Part shown: one piece after another, positions 24,843 to 35,002 of the stretch
How the letters are laid out: each line of letters begins with the position of its first letter
Numbering within the stretch: position 1 is the stretch's first letter
DNA from: Yuukianura sp. NJ FZ-2021
Lineage: Eukaryota
Assembly: GCA_046563655.1 (NCBI GenBank)
Contig: JAJCTO010000009.1
Coordinates: 992,001-1,056,000 of the forward strand
Length of the DNA: 64,000 nt
Direction: 5' to 3'
Translations under genes and position numbers: made by a program
The notes under the pieces: model-generated
The model's database searches: none
What the model saw: only the letters and a program-made list of their open reading frames with translations
What the model was told of the DNA's origin: nothing

Positions 24843-25476
24843 ATGGAGTTCAGGCCTGAATTAATTCATCCATTTGTTATGGTGCTGAGTCGACCTACTC
24901 AAAGTGGGAAAACATCACTGATTAAACAATTGATTGAGAGAAGGGACGAAGTTATTGAACCAAAAATTAAACGTATTGTTTATTGCTACAGTGAGGATGA
25001 GCCTAGTTTTGCTGAAGCATTGAAATTACATCATAACGTTGAATTTAAGCAAGGAATGGAGAATTTGGATGTTGGAGAAGGAAATCAAGTTGAAACTATG
25101 GTGATTTTGGATGATTTTATGGAAGTTGTTGCCAACTCAAAATAAGTTTGTGGCATGGCCACAAGAGGGTCTCATCATCGTTCGCTTAGTTTAATTATAA
25201 CAGTGCAAAACTTTTTTTATAAAGGGTGTAGAAACCTAACTTTAAATAGTAAATATGTAGTTTTGTTTCGAAATCCCAGAGATACATCAATTATAAAATA
25301 CTTGTCAAGACAAATGCATGGTGGAAAACCAAACAGCTTATTAGAAGAAGCATATGAAGATGCAACCAAAAACAAACCTAATAGTTATTTGTTTATTGAT
25401 TTATCTCAAAATCAGGATGACAATTTTCGTTTTAGATCAAATTTATTTCCAGACTCATCCTCTTGTATAGTATATA
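24843..25476 (+). pseudogene. Polinton packaging ATPase (arm B); last codons displaced to 31391-31401
   Basis: Walker A/B motifs; TAA at 25143-25145; joining across the nested element gives ...SCIVYMKK-stop followed by AATAAA. Confidence 0.9.
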
Positions 25477-27050
25477 AGTCAATGGTTTGGGAGGCCAACG
25501 CCCCCCCCCCCTCCCCCGTTTACTTTTGCACTTTTGGTTTTTCTTTTTGCACTTTTGTGCAACTTTTTATATTTCGTTTTTGTCCATGCTCACTGTAGGT
25601 TTAGGTGCTTAATTAGTTTTTAAAAATAATTTTAAGAAAATATTTTGCGGTTTTGTGGTTTTCGTGCAAGTACCTACCTGAAAAATCCTCTCCTCTTTGC
25701 ACTTTTATACAACTTTTTAGTTTTTTTATAGCTTGGGCTCATTTTAAACTTGGCATTTAATTTGGTTCTTATTTTTTTTTTGTGTTTGAAAATACTACTT
25801 TCCCGGAAGCTATCTCTCTCGGAAACTTTTTAAATAGTAAATTCTCAAAAATGTTTCTTTGTAAACATCAGGTTCCTTTCTAAACATCTTTCGAAAATAT
25901 TTTGAAATGACACAAGACCTAACCTACGGTTCGTCTTGCACGTTTGCGGTTTTTAATTGCCGAATACTTCCGTGTCGCGATCGCTAATTAGAATGCACGA
26001 AAAAAACTTACGACAAGTTCAATCAATGAAAACTTTTGACCTTGTGAGTTGATTGACTCGTGTACAAAAAGCAAACTTATTTAAAAAAACGTACGACAAG
26101 TTCAAGCAATGGGAACTTTTGACATTGTGAGTTGATTGACTCGTGTACAAAATACAAACTTATTTCCAATATAAACAATTGCAAGCACAAGGGCAATGGT
26201 GGGAGGTCTGCCTTCTAGCTTTTCGCCGAGTGAATAACGGTTCACTCACCGCAAAAGCATTGCGTAACCATTTCAATGCTATAATTTGACTAGTCAGCGT
26301 TTCCATCTAGTTGCTTATGATCCGTGGAGTGTTGGTACGCAAGTTTATACGACACCCAGTGCTCATTTTGGTATTGGTTTTTTTCAAAATCACAAATCTC
26401 ACCGACTAATTTCTGCCGCTAGACGTCAACCTCGTTTACTATTGGTCCGCTAGTCCTTCAAAACTACACATACTAGTCGTTTTGAATGGGCATGGAAATA
26501 GCTTTATCGCAAGTCAACTGCCCAAGGACGTTCAAATCCCTCGAGTTTGACGATAAAGTGCGTCAACCTGACTTCTGATTGGTCGACGTGTTGTTGCCCC
26601 AGAGGGCGTGGCTAGTACAATACTGAAATTTGATTGGTCAAAATCCCAGCCCGTGTATCAATTTCAGCCAATTGGCGTCCAGCTCGCTTTTGATTGGTCG
26701 ACTTGTTGCTGCCCCAGAGGGCTTTGCCAGTAAAATACTGAAATTTGCTTGGTAAAATCCCAACCTGTAAACCAATTTCAGCCATTTGGCGTCCATCTCG
26801 CTTCTGATTGGTCGACGAGTCGTTGCATCAGTGGGCGTGGCCAGTACATTGCTGCAATTTGATTGGTCAAAATCCCAAGGCCTATACCAATTTTCAGCCA
26901 ATGGGCGTGCAGCTCGCTTCTGATTGGTCGACATGTCGTTCAAAAATGGCCTAGTCCCACCAATGGGAGTGGCTGGTCGCAAAATGTTTTAAAATCCTCT
27001 GCCATTTTTTTTAGAAAGTGCAATAAAATAAACTCGTGGAATCATAAAAA
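25477..27050 (+). repeat. Left TIR of the nested element (~1.57 kb)
   Basis: Reverse complement of 29810-31384 with few differences. Confidence 0.93.
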
Positions 27051-27272
27051 GTGGTCTCGAGACATCATTTGTTGCTGAACCCTGGCGTATATACAGCATG
27101 CTGTGTGCGCCAGAACATTATAAACTGGCCAGTTTGGAAAACATTTAATCTTCACTGCTTTACCAAACCATACTCATTTGTAGTTTGACAAGCAACCGGA
27201 AAGGACGTGCTCGCAAAGCAGGAAGCAAAAGTAACCTCAAGGGTGTTTTTGACTGAGAGCGACACTGGTACA

Positions 27273-27830
27273 ATGGATTCTGCACAAGTTACGCCAAAGA
27301 ATAGCAAGAAAACGAAAAACGAGGATGGAAATCAGGTAATGGGGTTCCTCTCAAATGAAGAATTGCAAGTTCTGGAATCGGCTAATCGAAGAAACGCGAG
27401 AGTTGAGGATGACGATTCTGACGGACGGTCCAAGTTACCTCGCAAGTTGCAAAAAACGTCGCTGCAACATGGAAGAATGTCGCCATTTGAACAGCATATC
27501 CCGCACCAAATGTCGCCAAGTGACACAGAAACACGCAAGACATCGAAAAAATCACGCCGCAAAGGGTCAAAGTCTATGAAATTGACGCGAAAACGAAAAA
27601 AAGGCGGAAGAAAAGAGGAGAGAATCGAATCCCCACGCTGTAGTGGAGCAGAATCTGATACAGATTCAACAAAAAAGAACAAAAAACATCAAAAAGTCAC
27701 CCAAAGTGACGTTGCAGGAAAGAAATCAACTAGAAAAACTTCAAAAAGGAAACCAAAAAGGGGGCAAACTGGACTTATGTATGCTACTTCGTGCAAGAAT
27801 AGTGCAAATGGTAGCCTGCTTCTGCGGTGA
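27273..27830 (+). CDS. Lys/Arg-rich basic protein (putative DNA-condensing core protein)
   Basis: First ATG at 27273, TATA-like TTATAAA near 27118; tracts such as RKTSKKSRRKGSKSMKLTRKRKKGGRK. Confidence 0.55.
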   Translation: MDSAQVTPKNSKKTKNEDGNQVMGFLSNEELQVLESANRRNARVEDDDSDGRSKLPRKLQKTSLQHGRMSPFEQHIPHQMSPSDTETRKTSKKSRRKGSKSMKLTRKRKKGGRKEERIESPRCSGAESDTDSTKKNKKHQKVTQSDVAGKKSTRKTSKRKPKRGQTGLMYATSCKNSANGSLLLR

Positions 27831-28255
27831 AACCACTTGCCTTTACACATTTGTCATTAAGTATAGTAGAAACTAAAGTCTCCCCACCTGTTGACTACTA
27901 TAAATTGGCATTATTAGCCAGTTTGGCGGCCAGTCGGCATGCGACAGCCGAGGTGACAACACCACTCTGCCAAAAAATTGTGCAAAATTGTACGTTTAGT
28001 GGGCAGAGTTGTCTTCAAACGGTCGCCAATCGGTACCCAAAAGCCAAATTTAATACACTTTTCTGCCAAAAAGTTGGACATTTGCATCCAAACGGTCGCC
28101 AGTCGGCATCGGCACCTCTTATCGACCTCATCACTCGACGTACTTTAGACAACAATTGGCTCTACATTGTTGAGGTTCAGCGATTTTTAGCAAATTAAAA
28201 TACCCCAACAATATCTCACAGACTTGACCTAAAACGAGGCCAACTAACCACGGAA

Positions 28256-29677
28256 ATGGAGCTTACCGTTCCAATGCACTCGAAGCTGGTGGACACAAAT
28301 GCCAAATTGGACTTGTTTTCCATGCCAGATACCGAAGTGTCTTGCCTGCTGGACAATTATCTCAAAGTAGAGTCGTACTATGCCACAAAAGGAAATGAAA
28401 ATCCGATTCATTTTTCGTTTTGGCAAATGGCCTACCTGGATTTGTCGGATTCGTTTTTCAGATTTGTAGTTTCCATTCGAAAAAAAGATGGTTCGGCACT
28501 CGGTGACACAGACAAGGTTGCTCCGGAAAATCTGTTCTTTCACACATTTATCGAAGATTTTAAAGTCGTTGTCAACAACACGCAAGTCGTGGCGCAGGGG
28601 CCAAGAGCATACCCGTACGAGGCTTGGATATTTACTCAACTTCAGCAAGGGATTGGTTCGAAAAGCAGTACATTGTCCAGGGAAATTTATTTTCCCGGCA
28701 ATGTTATGGACAACTTTGACGACACAAACCCAAGCTTCAAAGCTCGACTTGAGCTGGCAAAGAAAAGTAATCAATTCGAGATGATTGGACGTCCGATGCT
28801 TGGAATTTTCACTTCGCCGAGACTTTTCCCGCCAGGAACACGGTTCAATTTTCAAATTCAGCGGACCAACCCAGAGTTTTGCTTGTGCGGACCATCCTCT
28901 ACAACTGAATACAAGATTGAAGTGGAGTGTGCAGACTTTTACGTTCGCCAATATCGTCTAAATGAAAAGTTGACTACTCAACTTCGCACCGCATTTGCAA
29001 AAAAGAAAATGGCATTGTATTCTTTTGACAACGCCGTCAAGTTCTCTACGTATGTACCCGTTGGGGTAACCGAATTTGAAATTCCAAAAATTATGCCTAC
29101 GGCAATTCGGCCAAAGCTCCTCTGCATTGCAATTACGACAAGCGAAGTCGTCAACGGTAAACTCGAAAAGTCACCGTTTAATTTCAAACCACATGGAATC
29201 AAAAACATGAAACTCAAATTCGAAGGAAAGGGAGTTGTTTTTGAGGAAATGAACTTTGAAAACAAAAATTACATGCTGGCCTACAACAACATGTGCAAGT
29301 TAATTTCACATGGAACCGACGGAAACGACATTACATATGAGCAATTTGTAAAGGGCAATGCGATTTTTGTGTTTGACACTCAAAACTTGAGATCAGACAC
29401 GTTCAACCCTGGAAAAATTGGACAATTTGCATTGGGCCTTAGCTTTGACGAAAAGACAAAGGAAGAGCTAATGGTTATCACCATTGCCGTGGAAGACGTT
29501 ACGCTGGAAATTGGAGAAGGCGGTTCGCATCTACGAAAAGCATTTTTTTCAAGTAATTTTTGTAACTTCAAATTTCAAAGCGTTCCTTCATATGTATTCC
29601 ACTCACAATACTTTATACAATTCATAATCTGGTGTAATGTATGGTATGAGCTTGAAAATAAAAACCAGCATCATTAA
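28256..29677 (+). CDS. Polinton-type double jelly-roll major capsid protein of the nested element
   Basis: LDLFSMPDT, NPIHF, YLDLSDS, YPYEAWI and SPFNFKPH motifs run collinear with the host MCP at 36399-37737; intact ORF followed by AATAAA. Confidence 0.88.
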   Translation: MELTVPMHSKLVDTNAKLDLFSMPDTEVSCLLDNYLKVESYYATKGNENPIHFSFWQMAYLDLSDSFFRFVVSIRKKDGSALGDTDKVAPENLFFHTFIEDFKVVVNNTQVVAQGPRAYPYEAWIFTQLQQGIGSKSSTLSREIYFPGNVMDNFDDTNPSFKARLELAKKSNQFEMIGRPMLGIFTSPRLFPPGTRFNFQIQRTNPEFCLCGPSSTTEYKIEVECADFYVRQYRLNEKLTTQLRTAFAKKKMALYSFDNAVKFSTYVPVGVTEFEIPKIMPTAIRPKLLCIAITTSEVVNGKLEKSPFNFKPHGIKNMKLKFEGKGVVFEEMNFENKNYMLAYNNMCKLISHGTDGNDITYEQFVKGNAIFVFDTQNLRSDTFNPGKIGQFALGLSFDEKTKEELMVITIAVEDVTLEIGEGGSHLRKAFFSSNFCNFKFQSVPSYVFHSQYFIQFIIWCNVWYELENKNQHH

Positions 29678-29809
29678 AGCTAAATAAAACCAATAGTCTA
29701 ACTTTGGATTTATTTAAAACTAGTTTTTAAGGGGATCGGTGACGCGGCATGTATTTCTGAACCACATTATGTTGGCTTTTTGAGGACCGGCAGTGGTTCG
29801 CATCTCATT

Positions 29810-31384
29810 TTTTTATGATTCCACGAGTTTATTTTATTGCACTTCCTAGAAAAAAATGGCAGAGGATTTTAAAACATTTTGCGACCAGCCACTCCCATTG
29901 GTGGGACTAGGCCATTTTTGAACGACATGTCGACCAATCAGAAGCGAGCTGCACGCCCATTGGCTGAAAATTGGTATAGGCCTTGGGATTTTGACCAATC
30001 AAATTGCAGCAATGTACTGGCCACGCCCACTGATGCAACGACTCGTCGACCAATCAGAAGCGAGATGGACGCCAAATGGCTGAAATTGGTTTACAGGTTG
30101 GGATTTTACCAAGCAAATTTCAGTATTTTACTGGCAAAGCCCTCTGGGGCAGCAACAAGTCGACCAATCAAAAGCGAGCTGGACGCCAATTGGCTGAAAT
30201 TGATACACGGGCTGGGATTTTGACCAATCAAATTTCAGTATTGTACTAGCCACGCCCTCTGGGGCAACAACACGTCGACCAATCAGAAGTCAGGTTGACG
30301 CACTTTATCGTCAAACTCGAGGGATTTGAACGTCCTTGGGCAGTTGACTTGCGATAAAGCTATTTCCATGCCCATTCAAAACGACTAGTATGTGTAGTTT
30401 TGAAGGACTAGCGGACCAATAGTAAACGAGGTTGACGTCTAGCGGCAGAAATTAGTCGGTGAGATTTGTGATTTTGAAAAAACCAATACCAAAATGAGCA
30501 CTGGGTGTCGTATAAACTTGCGTACCAACACTCCACGGATCATAAGCAACTAGATGGAAACGCTGACTAGTCAAATTGTAGCATTGAAATGGTTACGCAA
30601 TGCTTTTGCGGTGAGTGAACCGTTATTCACTCGGCGAAAAGCTAGAAGGCAGACCTCCCACCATTGCCCTTGTGCTTGCAATTGTTTATATTGGAAATAA
30701 GTTTGTATTTTGTACACGAGTCAATCAACTCACAATGTCAAAAGTTCCCATTGCTTGAACTTGTCGTACGCTTTTTTAAATAAGTTTGCTTTTTGTACAC
30801 GAGTCAATCAACTCACAAGGTCAAAAGTTTTCATTGATTGAACTTGTCGTAAGTTTTTTTCGTGCATTCTAATTAGCGATCGCGACACGGAAGTATTCGG
30901 CAATTAAAAAACCGCAAACGTGCAAGACGAACCGTAGGTTAGGTCTTGTGTCATTTCAAAATATTTTCGAAAGATGTTTAGAAAGGAACCTGATGTTTAC
31001 AAAGAAACATTTTTGAGAATTTACTATTTAAAAAGTTTCCGAGAGAGATAGCTTCCGGGAAAGTAGTATTTTCAAACACAAAAAAAAATAAAAAGCCAAA
31101 TTAAATACCAAGTTTAAAATGAGCCTAAGCTATAAAAAAAACTAAAAAGTTGTATAAAAGTGCAAATAGGAGAGGATTTTTCAGGTAGGTACTTGCACGA
31201 AAACCACAAAACCGCAAAATATTTTCTTAAAATTATTTTTAAAAACTAATTAAGCACCTAAACCTACAGTGAGCATGGACAAAAACGAAATATAAACAGT
31301 TGCACAAAAGTGCAAAAAGAAAAACCAAAAGTGCAAAAGTAAACGAGGGAGGGGGGGGGGCGTTGGCCTCCCAAACCATTGACT
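29810..31384 (-). repeat. Right TIR of the nested element
   Basis: Reverse complement of 25477-27050. Confidence 0.93.
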
Positions 31385-31414
31385 TATATATGAAGAAATA
31401 ATAAAAGCTTACAG

Positions 31415-31966
31415 TTACAATCTTTTGAGTTTCATAAGCCCTTCCATTAAACAGTCGTACAGCTCAACTGGCAAAGCAACTCCCACACTTTGATCAAATT
31501 GATTTCTAATGTGCAAGTGTGAGGTTCCAGAGAATCCGTTTTCATTTCCAAAAAAAAGTTGCCATCCATCTTCCAAGTTAATTTGAGGTGGTGGAAACGG
31601 TTTAGGGAACTCTTTTCGGACTTCAACAACCATAGATAGTGATGTAACCTTTCGTGTACGTTGATTAGTTGCTGCAGATTGTCGTCTAATTTTCTTTCCT
31701 CCAGTTCTGCGAGAAGGTTGATCAGATCCTGGTGCAGTTATTGGTAGGTTTGGTTGAATGACAGTATTAATATAAGTGTCCATTTCTGTAGCAAATGGAG
31801 AAGTATTAGGAGATGCTGGTTTGTCCATTGTACGAGTTCTACCAAGTTTATTTAGGTTACAATTGCACGAGAAAGTTTTACACACGGTTATTGTAGTTGT
31901 ATTATTTCTTTTAAAGAAAAAATTGGATAATGTTTGCCAAATTGAACAAAAACTGCATGAGCTCAT
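31415..31966 (-). CDS. Polinton accessory protein, possibly with a PC4-like C-terminal domain
   Basis: 183-aa ATG ORF downstream of the integrase; FSG..HLHIR...GVALPVELYDCL pattern. Confidence 0.55.
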   Translation of the reverse strand: MSSCSFCSIWQTLSNFFFKRNNTTTITVCKTFSCNCNLNKLGRTRTMDKPASPNTSPFATEMDTYINTVIQPNLPITAPGSDQPSRRTGGKKIRRQSAATNQRTRKVTSLSMVVEVRKEFPKPFPPPQINLEDGWQLFFGNENGFSGTSHLHIRNQFDQSVGVALPVELYDCLMEGLMKLKRL

Positions 31967-31984
31967 TCCAGGTTGAAGTTCAAA

Positions 31985-32963
31985 TTAGGAATGAAAAACT
32001 TTTAAAAGTTCTTCTCTGTAAAATATTCCAAAAATTGGAACTCTGTCTTTATCTTGAATTTGAAATGTTGTTGGATTTGTATTATAAATATTTGAAACTG
32101 TAAAAATTTCATCTTTCCATGATTGGGCGTAGCCTTTAGCAAAGGTAGATTTGACTTTACTAATAAGTACTTTATCACCAATGTGAATTTGTAGTTTTGA
32201 CTTTGGAAATTTGACTTTAGACTTGTACTTTGAGTACAAATTTAAGAAAACTTGAGTTTTAGTTTCATTGTTGACTTGATTTGGAGTCATTTTTATTGAG
32301 GAATGATAGGAATTATTATAAGCTTCAACTATATTTTGCAAAACATGAGTGTATCTTGTACTATTTGTATGTGTCATATACTTTGCAATTCTATTCATGA
32401 GAGTTCTATTAAAACGTTCAACTATCACAGCTTTTAGTTCAGAACGGGTATTAAACAACTTAACGCCTGCCTTTTTAAGCATAGTTTTTACGTTCTTATT
32501 TATAAATTCAGATCCTTGATCACACTGTAATTGTTTAGGAACACTTTTTTTTAAATATTTTTTGTAAAGTTGTAGTTAAAAGTTGTCCAGTTTTGTTGTT
32601 CAGTGGAATAACATCTGCAACTTTTGAAAAAGCATCGATACAGGTAGCTAAATATCTATTTCCACCATTTGTGTCTTTGTATTTGGATAGGTCAACCAAA
32701 TCAACACAATACTGATATTTTATTGATGGAACAAAGACTTTTCGCCTGGGATAATGTTTCCTAGCTTGAACGTGTAAGGTATATGCAGGTAGAGATGACA
32801 GAGCATTTCTCACTACTTTGGAAAGAGTGGATGACGAGAGTTTATTTTCTTTAGATTTAAGTAAAGTTTTGACAATTTGGTTATGACCAGTAAAAGCAAA
32901 ACTACTTTTTGGGTTGACATATTGCTGTTTAATTTTTTTTTCAAGTTTAAGGTGGCGTCTCAT
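31985..32963 (-). pseudogene. Polinton retroviral-like DDE integrase (one frameshift)
   Basis: YTLH...R..YPRR, VDLVD, IDAFSK, CDQGSEF, ERFNRTL and YN..YHSSI motifs; frameshift in an A-run near 32545. Confidence 0.92.
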
Positions 32964-33138
32964 GATGAGAAGGAGTAGAAGGGGGGAGAAGGAATAAGAG
33001 GGGGTAGCTGCAGTTCAAATATGAATACGTGATGGAAGGAGACTGAGAAAATATTTTAAATGTTTAAATTCTTAAAAAGGATTTAGTATATTTGAAAAGT
33101 TTATTCATTTGAAGAGTAGACATGTCGCTGACAACATC

Positions 33139-33471
33139 ATGTCTTTAAGATTACGAAACAATTTTGATTTTTTGAAATATTTATCAACTTGTGCAAAGGA
33201 ACAACGAATAGGACTAATAAAAAATGCAACAAAGCCTGAAATTGAGTCAATTTGTGAATGTATTTTAAATATTTATAAAAAAAATTTTGGAGTGAGTGGA
33301 GAAACTATTTCAAAATTAAAACCACATAAGAAGGCAATCATTTCAATTGTAAAACAAAGAAAAAGTTCATTGAAAAGAAAAAAGAAGATTTTGACACAAC
33401 GGGGTGGAGCTATCCTACCAATTCTTCTTGCATCAATAATTCCACCGGTACTTTCCAGAATATTAAAATAA
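33139..33471 (+). CDS. Conserved small Polinton virion protein with QRGG site and hydrophobic C-terminus
   Basis: ICECILNI, basic tract and QRGG-AILPILLASII, typical of Polinton small structural ORFs. Confidence 0.7.
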   Translation: MSLRLRNNFDFLKYLSTCAKEQRIGLIKNATKPEIESICECILNIYKKNFGVSGETISKLKPHKKAIISIVKQRKSSLKRKKKILTQRGGAILPILLASIIPPVLSRILK

Positions 33472-33610
33472 TACTGTGAGACAGTAGAATCTGGAAGAAA
33501 ATGATGAAGAGGCTAAGATTAGTTTCGGAAGCAGAATATAAAAAAAGTTTGATCCAACATTTGAAGTAAGTAGCAGCGGAGAAGATAAAGAGAGGAGGAT
33601 TGATGTCAAG

Positions 33611-34132
33611 TTGACCGGTAGTGATAAAGGAGAGGAGTTGTTAATTAGCAAACAGAAAATTTTAAGTGCAAAGGATATTCCAGACGATATAAAAGCTTTA
33701 CTTTATCATGATTTTGCAAAACGGTTACACGAGAGACGAAAAATTTTAGCAAACCAACCTATTCTTGTTAAAAATGTTAATAGAAAACTAAAAAACCCTG
33801 TTGTTGCTACTACTACTACAAATTCTTCCATGCTTCAAGTTACTGAGCCATATATTTTAGAACAAATTCCAAAAGTTAAGGAAGGAAAAAAATTATTTAA
33901 ACACATGAAACAATGTAATATATTTTGGAATGATAAGTTTGAAGTTATTATTGATGAAAATCGAGTTCCCTTTTCAAATATTATAAACGTTATTTCATAC
34001 TATTTGGAAAATTCAAAACGAAGAGAACAATTTCAACCACCACCAGGTTGGTATGAAGTTCATCAACAACTTCAATCTGCATTAATTAATCCACCAACTG
34101 CTAAAACTGCAACTGCTAAAGAAAACTACTAA
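33611..34132 (+). CDS. Conserved Polinton hypothetical protein (PZ-like), probably fragmented
   Basis: WND..EV......V..SNI and PPGW motifs; the acidic/basic ORF at 34231-34524 may be its continuation. Confidence 0.55.
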   Translation: MTGSDKGEELLISKQKILSAKDIPDDIKALLYHDFAKRLHERRKILANQPILVKNVNRKLKNPVVATTTTNSSMLQVTEPYILEQIPKVKEGKKLFKHMKQCNIFWNDKFEVIIDENRVPFSNIINVISYYLENSKRREQFQPPPGWYEVHQQLQSALINPPTAKTATAKENY

Positions 34133-34717
34133 AGCAATTTAAATCTATACATTATGGTTCCTGGAACATATCACCAAAGGTTACTCCAGCGTTACATTTA
34201 GAAAAAACATCTCCAGCTTCATCCAGTGTCATGTCATATGAACCAGGTTCAAATTATTCAACAGCTGATTTAAATAGTAGTACAGCAGTAGAAACATTAC
34301 CAAATGAGTCTCAGCTTCTGTTGGATGAAGAAGGAGAAGGTAGAAGTGGTGGAATTGAAAGTCAAGGGCAAGAGGAGGAGGAGCAGCAGCAGCAGCAAGA
34401 GGATAGTAGTAGTAGTAGTACTGTAAATTTTGTTTCAAAAAAACGTACTACTCCTATGCTTGCTCGTTTAAGAAAAAGGAAAAGTCCTCCTCCATCAACT
34501 CCAAAAAGTAAAAAAAAGGAGTAAAATCAAAACAAATTGGAAAAGGTTTAAAAAAAAGCAGCAGCAGCATTTTTTTCCTCTTTGTTTTACATTGGGAAAA
34601 ATACTAGGGAAAAAAAATAATAAAAAAAAAAGAGTGAGAGAGGGGTAGCCCCCCCCCCCTGGGGGACTGATCGTGCAACTTTTACTAAAAAAGGGGGAAT
34701 CCCTAACCTTTTCCTTG

Positions 34718-34915
34718 GGATTTTTTTTTCCAGCGTGTCCACAGTGGATTTTTAATCCAGCGTTTCTCTGGATTTTTTTCCCAGCGTGTCCACAGTGGAT
34801 TTTTAATCCAGCGTTTCTCTGGATTTTTTTTCCAGCATGTCCACAGTGGATTTAATCCAGCGTTTTCTCTTGGATTCTTTTCCAGCGTGTTCACAGTGGA
34901 TTTAATCCAGCGTTC
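34718..34915. repeat. Four ~51-bp tandem repeats
   Basis: ACAGTGGATTT at 34741, 34792, 34843 and 34893; each unit has two GGATTT..CCAGCGT halves. Confidence 0.9.
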
Positions 34916-35002
34916 CTTTTGGGTTTAAATTCGTGCCTTAACATTGAGTTTTTAAATCCCTGCGTTAACTTTGTTGTACATTTTAAAAAAAGTTAAAAAG
35001 TT

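Larger units (their letters stand above)
25477..31384 (+). mobile_element. Nested 5.9-kb TIR element encoding a major capsid protein (mini-Polinton / Polinton satellite candidate)
   Basis: Ends AGTCAATGG...CCATTGACT; TATATA on both sides; TIRs 25477-27050 and 29810-31384; no polymerase, integrase or transposase inside. Confidence 0.88.

Noticed and set aside
25477..25598. Hydrophobic ATPase tail SMVWEANAPPP...
   Set aside because: Read-through into the nested element's TIR.
1..27513. Reading arms A and B as the giant TIRs of one element, or as two independent insertions
   Set aside because: The TSD pairs link arm A's terminus to 44409, and arm B has neither a terminus nor a TSD, which supports an inverted duplication plus deletion.
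29879..30223. 114-aa ORF present three times (532, 26638, 29879)
   Set aside because: TTG start and lies in the CCAAT repeat array of the TIR; its identity reflects TIR duplication.
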